A stretch of 63,991 nt of DNA, the filler included, from Octopus bimaculoides (lineage: Eukaryota): NCBI RefSeq assembly GCF_001194135.2. It is 4 parts of 4 records of this genome, joined end to end, with 100 filler letters (N's around TTAATTAATTAA, not from the genome) between each part and the next. Parts side by side here need not be neighbours in the genome. Positions count along the whole stretch, not along the records: positions 40,823 to 59,298 come from NC_069009.1; positions 59,399 to 63,991 come from NC_069003.1; 2 more parts are not named here. One strand, written 5' to 3'. Position numbers and translations under genes: made by a program. Positions within the stretch are counted from its first letter, which is position 1; each line of letters starts with the position of its first letter. The notes under the pieces were generated by a model. That model worked only from the letters and a program-made list of their open reading frames with translations, searched no databases and was not told where the DNA came from. This document shows positions 49,334-62,215 of the stretch, in pieces.

Positions 49334-52076
49334 AAAGATTGTTTTTATCTTTTTATCCCCCCCCCCCATGATAGTATGAATTCCAGTATGTACAACACAA
49401 ATGGGATGCTTAAATCAGAATTCCGTCCAGTGTTCAACTTATTTTATCGGCTCCAAAAAGGATGAAAGGCAGAGTCGACCTCAGCAGGATTTGAACTCAG
49501 AACGTAAAGGCGAAAGAAAAGTCGTCTGGCTGCTCGCCGCATTCCCTCCTCCTCTCTTATAATACTACCTGCTCGACTGCTACTCCTTTTTTTACAGTCT
49601 TCTCTCTTTCCGCTACTCTTTTCGTAAGGTCTATCTTCCACATTCCCCCTCTTAAAGTTCCCATGCAACCCTTCCTCTAACTAGTTCTCTGTGTCTTCTA
49701 TACCATTACCCCTCCCTTCTTGAATGTAATACTACTCCTGCCCCTCCTCTTGTATTTTTATTCTTTCTCTTTCACCCTTTCATAGTTCTTACGCAATCTT
49801 CCTCTAACTGCTTCTCTTTCATTCTCCCCCTCTCTCTCTATCTATCCGTCCTTTTTTTCTCTCTCCCTCCCTATGATACTAACAGCACAACTGCTACTCT
49901 TTTTGTAGCTGTTCCTCTAACTGCTACTGTTTCATTCTCTCTATCTTATTATATTATTCTCTCCTCCCCCTCTTTAATATAATACTCTCCTCCTACTGCT
50001 ATATTGTCCCTCTTTCAAACTCGACTTCCCATAAGCCTTATGTAATATGCCTCTCTTTCCTTTACTATAATACTGCTGGAATGCTTCTCTCACTCTCACT
50101 GTATAGCAGTACCTCTTACTGTTACTCATTTCTCTCTCTCTTTTTCGTTTCCTCCGCCTCCTGTTCTCTGCATGGCCGCTTCAAATAGCGTGAATGAGCA
50201 GCAAATCTTGTTAAATTTCTTCGAAACACTACAAGATTTTGACATTTTTTACCAGATTACGTTGAGACCGAAAATCACATTCGTTTTCTTTTTTCTAGAC
50301 ATTAATAATCAAACAAGTTACAAGTATTAAAAAAAAAAAAAAGATGTAATTTTAACCAATCGAATGCCTTCATTGCCAAATATGCCGGACGTCGTGACTG
50401 TTTGTCCCCATGGGAACAGCACACACACACACGAAACCTTAACATGGTCTCTCGACCCGCTAGAAATAGTAGCCAAATTTTCCTTTACCTCGGTGAATCT
50501 CATCCATATTTTTGCCTATGAACCTTCTTCGATTCCCATTTTACTCTAATGAACCTCCATAGCCATTCGATGTATAACTCTTCGAAACGCTTAGTTTTAG
50601 AATGGTGGCAGCTGAAGAAGGAAATGTTCTCTATGTGTTTTCTGTTCTCTGTTTACCATTTTGTCCACTTTTTTTTTTTGCAACGTCCTGTACCCAGATA
50701 TGCATCTACATAACTAAAGGCAGTTTTGTTTTGTTTGTGCTTTTCCCTCCCGTTTTTTGTTCTATGTGTGCCATAAATATCGCCATCCGTTTTAGAGAAA
50801 AATTTGTAGTTTAGAATCAGTAGTTCTTTGACTGCTATTTCTAAATTTTCAGTATGTTGGAGAAGCAACTCAATGCTAATCCCTGTATATTTATGATGAT
50901 AAATGGTTTTACCGATAAAGGTTTTTTCATACTGAACTACTTGGCAAAGTTGTTAATTATTAATTCTATTACTAATTGACGATTCCCTGCCCTTATTCTT
51001 GTATATACATGTAGATGTAGGTATGTACATACATGTACGTATATATGCATACACTCACATATTATTTGTATTATATATATACGTGGCAACTTGGGCAAGT
51101 GTCTTCTACTATAGCCTCGGGCCGACCAAAGCCTTGTGAGTGGATTTGGTAGACGGAAACTGAGAGAAGCCCGTCGTATATATATATATATGTGTGTGTG
51201 TGTTTGTTTCCCCCCAACATCGCTTGACAACCGATGCTGGTGTGTTTATGTCCCCGTAATCTAAGTTCGGCAAAACGGACCGATAGAATAAGTACGAGGC
51301 ATTTTCTATTTTCGATCTTGCTTTCCTCCTCCTCCCTATTTCATAAAACTCTCGTTCTTTAGTCTTTCACATCCACCTCTCTATGTCACTAAGTAACTAT
51401 CTCTCTAACTATCACTCTTTAACTCTATTACCCTCTCTCTCAGTTTGTCTTTCTTCTGTTTTCTCTCCTTCTTCCCTTTCACCCTACTACTTCCTAGTTC
51501 CTCCTTCTTCTTATACTTTCTTCTCCTACTACTACTCTCAAGCTTTCGCATCCACCTCTCTCAGTCACTATCTGACTATCCCTCTAACCAGTACTCTCTG
51601 ATTACATGTCCGACTCCTAGTTTGTCTTTTACCTTAAGTAATTCTCTCCTCCCCTTCATGCTACTACTTTCTAGCTCCTCCTCCTCCTTGTTATATTCTA
51701 TTACATTCTCCTTCCACTATTACTCTTATACACTATTACTTTTTCGTTCCACTACGACTCTTATAGTCTTTCACATCCCCCTCTCTCAATCACTAACAAG
51801 TTTTCCTCTATCTGTCACTCTCTAATTACACCACCCTCTCTTAGTCTATATTTCTTCCATATAACCCTTTCCGCCCCTTCATTATACTATTTCCTCGCTT
51901 ATAACTCCCCGGCACTTGGCCGTCTCAGTTAGAAATAGCAGCCAAATCTCGGGATAATCACAGCTGCAAAGGCTTAACTTAAAAGTTATACAACAATTTT
52001 ATGGTCACCGGCCAAAGAGGTAGCCTCGACAATACGGCTCACGCTGCTAGAAACGGTAGCCGAATCGGTCCAGATG

Positions 52077-52604
52077 GACTATATATAATCTGAACCTTTC
52101 CCCCCTTATTTATTTATTTTTTTTACGGAATCCCACGTTTTAGGCTATGGGGATTCCGATTCTGAAAAAAAAATTTTTTAAANNNNNNNNNNNNNNNNNN
52201 NNNNNNNNNNNNNNNNNNNNNNNNNNNNNNNNNNNNNNNNNNNNNNNNNNNNNNNNNNNNNNNNNNNNNNNNNNNNNNNNNNNNNNNNNNNNNNNNNNNN
52301 NNNNNNNNNNNNNNNNNNNNNNNNNNNNNNNNNNNNNNNNNNNNNNNNNNNNNNNNNNNNNNNNNNNNNNNNNNNNNNNNNNNNNNNNNNNNNNNNNNNN
52401 NNNNNNNNNNNNNNNNNNNNNNNNNNNNNNNNNNNNNNNNNNNNNNNNNNNNNNNNNNNNNNNNNNNNNNNNNNNNNNNNNNNNNNNGATTGAAATTTTT
52501 CAAACAATTTTTTTTCAGAATCGGAATCTCCATAGCGTAAACCGTGGCATTCCGTAAAAAAAATTAATAAATAAGGGGGGGAAAAGTTCAGATTACATAT
52601 AGTC
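52077..52604. mobile_element. Foldback/MITE-like element with >100-bp TIRs flanking an N-gap
   Basis: GACTATATATAATCTGAAC...GGATTCCGATTCTGAAAAAAA (left) pairs with TTTTTTTCAGAATCGGAATCTCC...GTTCAGATTACATATAGTC (right). No clear TSD. Confidence 0.75.
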
Positions 52605-53738
52605 TGTCTCTACCTCCGAATCTTACACAAATCATATTCTGCTATCCAAAATTTGAGGCAAAACCATAGTTCAGTACCCCCAACTCAATATTTCTTTGCA
52701 CCTGTGTTTGTCTCCCTACCACCACCACCACTGGACAACCGGTGTTGATTTGTTTATGTCCCTTTAATTTAGCATTTTTGGCATAAGAGGCCAAAGTAAT
52801 GTGCCAGACTTGAGTACAAACGTGGAAAAGTGGATGTTAAAATGATGACGATGATGATGATGATGAACATGGTCATGGTGGTGGTGGTGGCGGTGGTGAT
52901 GAGTGCTGAAGTTAGTGGTGGTGATGACAGTGATGGTGATAATGGAGTGATGACAATGATGATAGTGGTGATGATGATGATGATGATGACGATGACGATA
53001 GTGGTGATGGTAATTCTGCAGGAAAAATCGTTTGTATTCTTTGGTGACATCAGATTTTACCATTTCATAAGAAACCCTTATCAGAATCCTCAATCAATCC
53101 ACATGCTTGGCTATTCTATCACAGAAACAGTTATAAGACACACTTCACATTTATATTCTCTACCTAAATCAAACACTTCTCAAAGTGATGCCAAATGTTT
53201 TTTTGTTTTTCCCTTTTTTATTTCAATCTATATACTCCAGCTCAAGGAGAAGCTACTTCCAGCCACCTCCATTAGGCAGTCTCAACACCACACTTTACAA
53301 TTCAAGCAGGGGTTTTAGAGGTAAACCAAACTGAGTACTCTAATCTATCACATTATGTTAGCTGATGAAAACTCCTTAAATACTTTCATTTCTGATATAT
53401 ACATATACCGGGGTTTTCCGAAAATCCGCCCTGGGCTTTAAACAGAAAATTCTATTTTACAAAACTATATTTTGGCTTAAATAAACCACCCACCTATGAT
53501 AACCGCCCATGGACAATAATATGGAAGTTTAAAACCACTCAGTTTTTCAATAATGGTATATGATCGTTGAACATGTTTTGATGTATGTTCTTTCGACTCC
53601 ATTATTGGGAATAAAAATCCTTTGAATTTATCTACAGNNNNNNNNNNNNNNNNNNNNNNNNNNNNNNNNNNNNNNNNNNNNNNNNNNNNNNNNNNNNNNN
53701 NNNNNNNNNNNNNNNNNNNNNNNNNNNNNNNNNNNNNC

Positions 53739-54000
53739 CGGTGTTGGTGTGTTTATGTCCCTGTAACTTAGCAGTTTGGCAAAAGAGTCTGATGGAATGA
53801 AATACCGAGTTTTAAAAAAATAGTTTTGGGGGGGCAATTTGTTTGACTGAAACACTTCAAGGTGGTGCCCCAGCGAACCCCCTGGCGAAATGACTGGGAC
53901 AAGAATAAATACTGGGAGTCGATACGTTCGACTGAAAAATTCTTCAACGTGGTGCCCCAGCATGGCCACAGTCAAACGACTGAAACAAGTAAAAGATCAA
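53739..54000 (+). mobile_element. SINE family A 3' half, ~60 bp downstream of the Sans stop codon, antisense to the gene
   Basis: GGTGTGTTTATGTCCCTGTAACTTAG...CCAGCATGGCCACAGTC...GAAACAAGTAAAAGA. Confidence 0.75.
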
Positions 54001-54059
54001 AAAAAAAAGGGTAATCAAAATATAATAAAAAAATATAATTGGAATATATTTTACAGATT

Positions 54060-55063
54060 TCAGATTTGCGTATCGCCCATAGACCCAGGGTTACGTAGCA
54101 CATTTCGTCTCTTTTCAATGGCGTTTTTCAGTTTCCGTCGAGGCCCTAATTCTACATTAATAGTCTTTAAGTCTTCATCTTCCAGCAGCATTAAGGCATC
54201 GAGGTCGATCTTCTCACGAGAGAACACATCGAAGTAATCCTCCAGTTTGTAAGTTACAAGAAAGAGTTCAAGTGATGAGTACTTTGTGAGGCCATCTTCA
54301 CCGTCGTCTAGGTTTCCAATGATGTCGTCATCCCAGGGTAAGTCCTTGGGGTTGTACTGCATCTCGGCTACAATGCTGTTGCTGAGCATGGCTGTTGAAC
54401 GACTAGCAAAATGTCCCTGTTCTTTGCCCCTTGTTTCGGATTCATCACCGTCAAGCATAGTATGTGCTGCCACCTGGCGGTTATTGAAAAACGCCATCGT
54501 ACCCATACCGGGCCGATCGAAGATTCCAGCCACTTTCGAATTCACCTCGTCTTGGTCGTATGTGCTATCGTTAATCTGCGATTCGGGTTGACCGTTGACG
54601 TACATCACGTCCGGCCCCCGCGTGATCCCCTTCGGGGAATGAACCGTGACCTTCCCGGTGTCGTCAACCTCCCTCACGTGGAAGTCTCCTTTCGGAGCAT
54701 TGCTGCGTCCGGTCGTGCTGTGAGGGAAAGCTGACGGTCGGGTCTTTGTGCGGGCTGCAAGCGTNNNNNNNNNNNNNNNNNNNNNNNNNNNNNNNNNNNN
54801 NNNNNNNNNNNNNNNNNNNNNNNNNNNNNNNNNNNNNNNNNNNNNNNNNNNNNNNNNNNNNNNNNNNNNNNNNNNNNNNNNNNNNNNNNNNNNNNNNNNN
54901 NNNNNNNNNNNNNNNNNNNNNNNNNNNNNNNNNNNNNNNNNNNNNNNNNNNNNNNNNNNNNNNNNNNNNNNNNNNNNNNNNNNNNNNNNNNNNNNNNNNG
55001 TAGCGTTTCACATTTTTGTCGTATTCAGCAATGGCCTTCTCCTTCAGTTTTTCAGTTGTCTTC
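54060..55063 (-). CDS. USH1G: Sans/USH1G family last coding exon (coiled-coil start, central region, SAM domain, PDZ-binding motif); interrupted by N-gap 54765-54999
   Basis: Acceptor ctttcAG at 55065-55064 continues in frame: (R)KTTEKLKEKAIAEYDKNVKRY. After the gap the open frame reads TLAART...GIFDRPGMGTMAFFNN...DLPWDD...SSLELFLVTYKLEDYFDVFSREKIDLDALMLLEDEDLKTINVELGPRRKL...GDTQI*, with TGA at 54062-54060. Matches SANS motifs LFTRPGLGTMVF, ELPWDE, EKIDLEALML, PLGPRKK, DTEL (recalled). The gap could hide an extra intron. Confidence 0.92.
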
Positions 55064-56099
55064 CTGAAAGAAAGAACAGAAAAAAAATTTTTTAAATATC
55101 ATTATTACACTTTATATATATATATGTGTTTTTATATTATTAATAAATTCATAAACTTATCAATAATATTCTCAGGAAATGAATATTTAATATTTCGAAA
55201 GATATATATCCAATATGACATGGTAATATAATAAATTTAAAATTTAAAATATAAATATATGAAATATAAATATGTATAAAAATATGAATGTAGATAAAGA
55301 TACATGTGAATATAAATGCGTATAAAAAACGCATATGTATATATTTATTTCCTCAAAATAATAGAGCACTCAATATAAGTTCAGTTACATATTCTTTTAG
55401 AATATTACTTATAAAAGTTATATTATTACACTTTATAAAAACGCTTTTATTTTTGGGTCAATAAGTGTTATTTTCTATTTGTTTCTATCTAGAAATCGAA
55501 GGCAATCACTATTATTCCCTTCAAACTTTGCTTTTCTCACCTGAATATCAACGTTTTGAAACTCACCTATTTTCTATTACGTTTCAGACAGATTCATCAC
55601 TGAGTTACAGAAGCAGAAACATCATTAGAGCAAATAATCTGCTCAATGCCACCGGTTTGCTTGACCTTAACCACTTGGGCATGTCCCTTAGTGGCTGACG
55701 ATATGTGCATCTCTGATCATGAGCGGAGGTAGAAGGTAAGCACCATAGCTATGTGTTGAGAGGGACTTTTGGGGGTTTCAATAAATATCGTAACAAAAGC
55801 TAAGTTTGAAGGAAATATTAGCCATTTTACATATTTTCTAGGTATAAGCAAATAGGAAATAATAGTTGCTACCCCATGACAAAAATCACATTACACAATT
55901 TCATTAGCAATAGAAACAGTATTAATACCAAAAAGTAATCAGTATATCCAACTTAACATTGATGCCTTGTTAGAATGCTGTATGTTGCCATATTAGTCTT
56001 GTGGGACCCTCTTTATTTCATAAATTTTGCCATAAAGGCATTACATAGAGGGGACAAACAGACATAAAGAAGATGCTGGCTGGACACGGACATTAATGA

Positions 56100-56360
56100 A
56101 TGTCCTCAGTCAAATCGTCCAACCCATGCCAGCATGGAAAGCGGACGTTAAACGATGATGATGATGATGATATATATATATATATAAACTCCACTCTGAG
56201 TGGTTGGCGTTTAGGAAGGGCATCCAGCTGTAGAAACTCTGCCAGATCAGATTTGGAGCCTGGTGTAGCCATCTGGTTTCACAAGTCCTCAGTCAAATCG
56301 TCCAACCCATGCCAGCATGGAAAGCAGACGTTAAACGATGATGATGATGATGATGATGAG
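56100..56360 (+). mobile_element. Family C fragments in the Sans intron
   Basis: Two (GAT)n-tailed ends in tandem. Confidence 0.85.
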
Positions 56361-56392
56361 AAATATTTATTGGAATTTGTCTTGAAATTTAC

Positions 56393-56614
56393 CGATTTTT
56401 CTGGAGTTGTATGTTCTGTTGCTGGTCTAAATACTTCATAATGTCTCGCCTGTTGTTTACTGAGCTGACATCGAATGCGGTGTGGTGGCTGTTATCCAGT
56501 GCCCAGATATTGCACCCCCAGTTCACCAGGAACGTGATGCAGTCCATGTGGCCCTTCTTCGTTGCATGGTGCAGAGCGGTCTGGCCCAAGTAATCTGCCT
56601 TTTCGGGGTTTCCT
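56393..56614 (-). CDS. USH1G: Sans/USH1G-ANKS4B family gene, internal coding exon (ankyrin repeats 2-3)
   Basis: Acceptor tttgtcAG at 56616-56615 and donor GTaaat at 56392-56391 give a 222-bp phase 2-2 exon: (G)GNPEKADYLGQTALHHATKKGHMDCITFLVNWGCNIWALDNSHHTAFDVSSVNNRRDIMKYLDQQQNIQLQKN(R). It aligns by eye to human SANS [49 protein letters not shown] (recalled). Confidence 0.9.
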
Positions 56615-56744
56615 CTGACAAAAAAAAAAAAAATTTTAAATATATATATATATAAATGAATAAATGAACCAATAATAATAATGATAATAATAATAGTAAT
56701 AATAATAATGATGATGATGATGATGATGATAGTGATGATGATAG

Positions 56745-56777
<33 letters not shown>

Positions 56778-56962
56778 TAATAATAGTGATAATGATAATA
56801 ATAATAATAATAATAATAGTAATAATAATAATAGTAATAATAATAATAATAATAAAAAGAAGAAGAGGAGGAGGAAGTGTGCGGGATTAGCTCTGTGGTT
56901 ACTTCATTTAAACTGAATCTTACTGCTAGACTCTTCCTAACCCTGAAACCATTGGCGCCACC

Positions 56963-57612
56963 CCATACACAATGTTTCTTATGCCCTGATGCAGTACCAG
57001 GCAGTGGCTCTCATGGCTTCTGTTCTTAATTGATTGGAAGTGTTATCATGTACATTGTTTTGTCTTGGTATAAAAAGATGGGCTACAGCAAATATTCTGC
57101 TCAATACCACAGATTTGCTTGTCAGTTGTTTGACCTTAACCAGTTGAGCATGTCCCTTGGTGGCTGATGATATGTGCATCTCTGATCATGAGAAGAAGTA
57201 GTGGGGGAGCATCATAGCCATGTGTTGAGAGGAATTCTTTGGAGTTTGAATAATTCACCTTTGGAAACATGGATGTTTTGCTCAACANNNNNNNNNNNNN
57301 NNNNNNNNNNNNNNNNNTCTTGATATGAGATCACCATGTCGCGCACATATGGTTGTGATGCATGTGCCTGGTGTACCCTTATCAGACGGGTAGTCATGAT
57401 GGGTATATTGGGCTTCGTATATATTTTACCCCAGTGTCACTTTGATGGCATGCACTGCTCTCTCACTCAATAATAATAATAATGTCACGCACATATGGTT
57501 GTGATGCATGTGCTTGGTGTACCCTTATCAGACGGGTAGTCATGATGGGTATACTGGGCTTTGTATATTTTACCCCAGTGTCACTTTGATGGCATGCATT
57601 GCTCTCTCACTC

Positions 57613-57645
<33 letters not shown>
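56963..57645 (+). mobile_element. Family E retroposon with tandemly duplicated 3' ~150 bp and (AAT)n tail (intron/upstream of the Sans gene)
   Basis: Homologous to 39850-40265, 55640-55790 and 46258-46330. The 3' segment is repeated at ~57335-57482 and ~57485-57645. Confidence 0.75.
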
Positions 57646-57646
<1 letters not shown>

Positions 57647-58139
57647 TCATAAAGAACAAGTAGGAGAAGAACGAGTACGACAGAAAGAAGAAGAAGGAGG
57701 ACAAGAAGAAGAAGAAGAAGAAGAAAAACGAGAACAAGAAGGAGAGCAATAACGATAGTGCAACAATTATAATAAAGTATGTTTATTGAGCAGACATTTT
57801 ATGAAATGTCAGTTTTTATAGAGTTTTGAGTTTAAGAAGCATGATGTAAATCTGAACCAGATTTGCACTAGTTTACAGGAAATTTTCAGAAGCTAAATAA
57901 AAGTGGGCGACATAACAACAGTGTGCGTTCATTGTTTGTTGGATTGTGCATAAAACAAACAAAAAAACTATTAATGTAATTTGGAGAGAGTTGTTGGGTG
58001 GTACGAACACCTCTGTAATAAGGTTGAGGAAGAAAATGAGGAAGTTAAATTGATGTGGGTTGTAAGACCCCGATCTTCGCCGTGATAAAGTTATTTATCT
58101 CCTTTTCTAATTGTATTTCCATTGCTGTACACTGCCTTT

Positions 58140-58700
58140 GTGTTTCAATTGATTTTAAATGAAGGTGAAATCGAAATCGAGTGAAATTGGACACTAAACT
58201 CCACTTGTGAAGACCTGTTGAGGCAAGTGAAATCGAAATCGAGTTAAATTCGATGACTGGCACCCATGCCAATGTCGTCTCCTTTCATTGGACACGAAAC
58301 TCAGCTTGCGAAGACTTATTGGGGCAAGCGAAAGCGAAATCGGGATGGCACCTGTGCCCAGCGACACCTTTCTGGCAGTTGTGCCTGCGGCATGTGTAAG
58401 GACTTTCGAGTGAGATCGTTGCCAGTGCCCCTGGACTGGCTCTTGTGCAGGTGGCACATAGAATACACCATTTTGAGCGTGGCCGTTGCCAGTACCGCCT
58501 GACTGGCCTTTGTGCGGGTGGCACGTAAAAGCACCTACTACACTCTCTCAGTGGTTGGCATTAGGGAGGGCATCCAGGTGTAGAAACTCTGCCAAATCAG
58601 ATTTGGAGCCTGGTGTAGCCATCTGGTTTCACCAGTCCTCAGTCAAATCGTCCAACCCATGCCAGCATGGAAAGCAGACATTAAACGATGATGATGATGA
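58140..58700 (+). mobile_element. Longest family C copy, including upstream GAAATCGAAATC-containing repeats
   Basis: Two to three ~60-bp units with GTGAAATCGAAATCGAG, then the GCCAGT units, core and (GAT)n tail. Confidence 0.8.
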
Positions 58701-59398
58701 TTATTATTATTATTGTCCTCCATTTTGTTCCTTTTATTGTTGTTGTAGTTCTTCTCCTCTGCACCTCCTCCTCCTCCTACTTATTGTTGTTGTGGTTGTT
58801 ACTGTTGTTTTTCTTCTTCTTCTTCTTCACATTATTATCAATATCACTGTTGTTGTCATTATTATTATTATTTATTACTATTATAACAATTATTATTCAT
58901 CATACACAGAAACTGGTTTTCCCAGAATAACTAATAGCCTGGTAGGTGTTAAATGCAACATTTATTTTTTTAGGGTGTAGTTGTAGATTCTATTCACCTG
59001 GCTTAGTCACCAAATGTATATATATATATATCCAATATATCCGTGGGTGTCTTGTGGCTGTGTGGTAAGAAGCTCGCTTCCCAACCACATAGTTCAAGTC
59101 CTTGGGCAAGTGTCTTCTACTATAGACTCAAGCCAATCAAGGCCCTGTGAATGGATTTGGTAGATGGAAACTGAAAGAAGCTCATCGTGCCAGACCAGAT
59201 TGGAGCCTGGTGTAGCCATCCGGTTTCACCAGTCCTCAGTCAAATCGTCCAACCCATGCCAGCATATGGAAAGTGGACGTTAAATAATGATGATATATNN
59301 NNNNNNNNNNNNNNNNNNNNNNNNNNNNNNNNNNNNNNNNNNTTAATTAATTAANNNNNNNNNNNNNNNNNNNNNNNNNNNNNNNNNNNNNNNNNNNN

Positions 59399-59430
<32 letters not shown>

Positions 59431-59655
59431 AAAAAACATACATTGTATAAATAATATATAGATACATAGATTCATTGGTATAGATATACAGACACGTGCA
59501 CGCACACACACATACACATACACACATATATATGCGTATATGTTTTGCACCTGCGTATGTATGTGTACGTATGTATGTGTACGTATGTATGTCTGTGAAT
59601 GCGTGTATATGTATTTACGTACGGAAGTGTATGCATGTATATGTACGTATGTGTG

Positions 59656-59692
<37 letters not shown>

Positions 59693-59812
59693 ATGCACAT
59701 ATGTATATATGTGTGTANNNNNNNNNNTACATGTGTGTACATGTGTGCGATGGGTTATCGCGTTAAGAATGACGTATGTACACTCAGTAACAAAGGATAA
59801 AACATATGAACA

Positions 59813-59888
<76 letters not shown>

Positions 59889-60604
59889 CAAGTATGTATG
59901 NNNNNNNNNNNNNNNNNNNNNNNNNNNNNNNNNNNNNNNNNNNNNNNNNNNNNNNNNNNNNNNNNNNNNNNNNNNNNNNNNNNNNNNNNNNNNNNNNNNN
60001 NNNNNNNNNNNNNNNNNNNNNNNNNNNNNNNNNNNNNNNNNNNNNNNNNNNNNNNNNNNNNNNNNNNNNNNNNNNNNNNNNNNNNNNNNNNNNNNNNNNN
60101 NNNNNNNNNNNNNNNNNNNNNNNNNNNNNNNNNNNNNNNNNNNNNNNNNNNNNNNNNNNNNNNNNNNNNNNNNNNNNNNNNNNNNNNNNNNNNNNNNNNN
60201 NNNNNNNNNNNNNNNNNNNNNNNNNNNNNNNNNNNNNNNNNNNNNNNNNNNNNNNNNNNNNNNNNNNNNNNNNNNNNNNNNNNNNNNNNNNNNNNNNNNN
60301 NNNNNNNNNNNNNNNNNNNNNNNNNNNNNNNNNNNNNNNNNNNNNNNNNNNNNNNNNNNNNNNTATATATATATATATATATATATATATACAAAAAAAC
60401 ATACATTGTATAAATAATATATAGATACATAGATTCATTGGTATAGATATACAGACACGTGCACGCACACACACATACACATACACACATATATATGCGT
60501 ATATGTTTTGCACCTGCGTATGTATGTGTACGTATGTATGTCTGTGAATGCGTGTATATGTATTTACGTACGGAAGTGTATGCATGTATATGTACGTATG
60601 TGTG

Positions 60605-60641
<37 letters not shown>

Positions 60642-60704
60642 ATGCACATATGTATATATGTGTGTATGTACAAGGCAGGGATTCGACAGAGTCGTTATTG
60701 TGTG

Positions 60705-61038
60705 GAACCTTGGCCAAGTGTCTACTACTGAAGCCTCGGGCCGACCAAGGCCTTGTGAGTGAATTTGGTAGATGGAAACTGAAAGAAGCCTATCTTATAT
60801 AAATAAGTATGTGTGTGTGTGTGTGTTTTTCTGTCTGTGTTTGTCCCCCACCAGCACCTGTTGACAACCGATGTTGGTTTGTTTATGTCCCCGTAACTTA
60901 TCCGTTCAGCGAAAGAGTCCGATAGAATAAGTACTAGTCTTACAAAGAATAGGTTCTTGGGTCGATTTGTTCAACTAAAAGCGGTGCTCCAGCATGGCCG
61001 AAGTCAAATGACTGACACAAGTAAAAGAGTAAAAGAGT
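60705..61038 (+). mobile_element. SINE family A
   Basis: Body and GTAAAAGAGTAAAAGAGT tail. Further partial copies at ~19585-19830, 32985-33140, 43455-43680, 51085-51300 and 59050-59185. Confidence 0.8.
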
Positions 61039-61589
61039 ATATATATATAATTTAATATACACAATTACAAAAGAGCGAATAATTGTTTCATTCTTTAAGA
61101 TACAATAATTTGGCAGATTTATACAGCATGCTTTGAATCTCCAAGCAACATCTAGGCACAGTTCATAACGTTAGTTGTATTTAAAAAGAAAGCGCTGGTC
61201 CATGAGAAAACATGAGAAAAAAAAAGAGAGAGAAAAACAGAAGAAAAAACGTGAAGAAATTTGATGCAAAAAATGGAACGAGAAGAAAAAAAAGAAGAGA
61301 AAGCCAAGATCTTTGTCCTCTTTGACTATAGAAACCATAAATAGTGTAACTGGTGCAGAATAATATAAGAGAAAGGAGGCCAAAGTCTGTGAGACAGATA
61401 CTCAATTCGGAAAGGATGGTGTCCTCCAGTTCGACAATTAAATTTGTCCATGTAGTGTGGTGGAATTCTTGGCCCTCAAAAGAATGCGGTGTGTGTGTGT
61501 GTGTGTTAAGGAATGGAGTAGATAAGATCCGGACTACTCTTGTACACACACACACAGATATATATATACATATATACACACACACACAT

Positions 61590-62010
61590 TTGAAACCTTA
61601 TTCTCTCCGGCGCCGCACAATGGCCTTAACAGTAGTGTCGGAATTCACCCAAGGCTACAATCACGTGCCATACGTCCCCTACACAATTCAGGATCACAAC
61701 ATATAAATACACTGCAACACAAATTTCTTTCCCTCAACAGGCTCTGTCCTAATTTAACATTGCCATGAAACAAATCAAGGAGGAAAAAGATCCCATCACC
61801 TTCAAACGGAATCTGGACAAATTTCCTCAAGGGATACCAGACAAGCCACCTATACCTAGATATAGCTGCTCACTCAACAATAACTCCCTACTTGAATGTT
61901 CCATGATAGCACAAAACTTGACTTAAAAAGGATTTAGCAAATCCTATCAGGTGGTGCTATTAAGTTAGATATGGCCTGGGCCAATCTTGGGTCGAAACAT
62001 ATCTAAGTCA
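61590..62010 (+). mobile_element. CR1-clade LINE 3' fragment
   Basis: LKPYSLRRR...KEEKDPITFKRNLDKF / GIPDKPPIPRYSCSLNNNSLLE, followed by a short 3' UTR with stem-loops. Confidence 0.8.
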
Positions 62011-62044
62011 TTTGTTTGTATTTAAAAATTATCGCATCAAATCG

Positions 62045-62215
62045 GAGAATATTTATTTCTTTATTGCCCACGATGGGGAGGGGGTTAAACATCGACGGGG
62101 ACAAACACGGACAGACAAAGGGATTAAGTCGATTACATCGACCCCAGTGCATAACTGGTACTTATTTAATTGACCCCCGAAAGGATGAAAGGCAAAGTCC
62201 ACCTCGGCGGAACTT
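62045..62215 (-). mobile_element. SINE family B 3' part
   Basis: Reverse complement of the 63860-63991 body plus 3' end. Confidence 0.85.
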
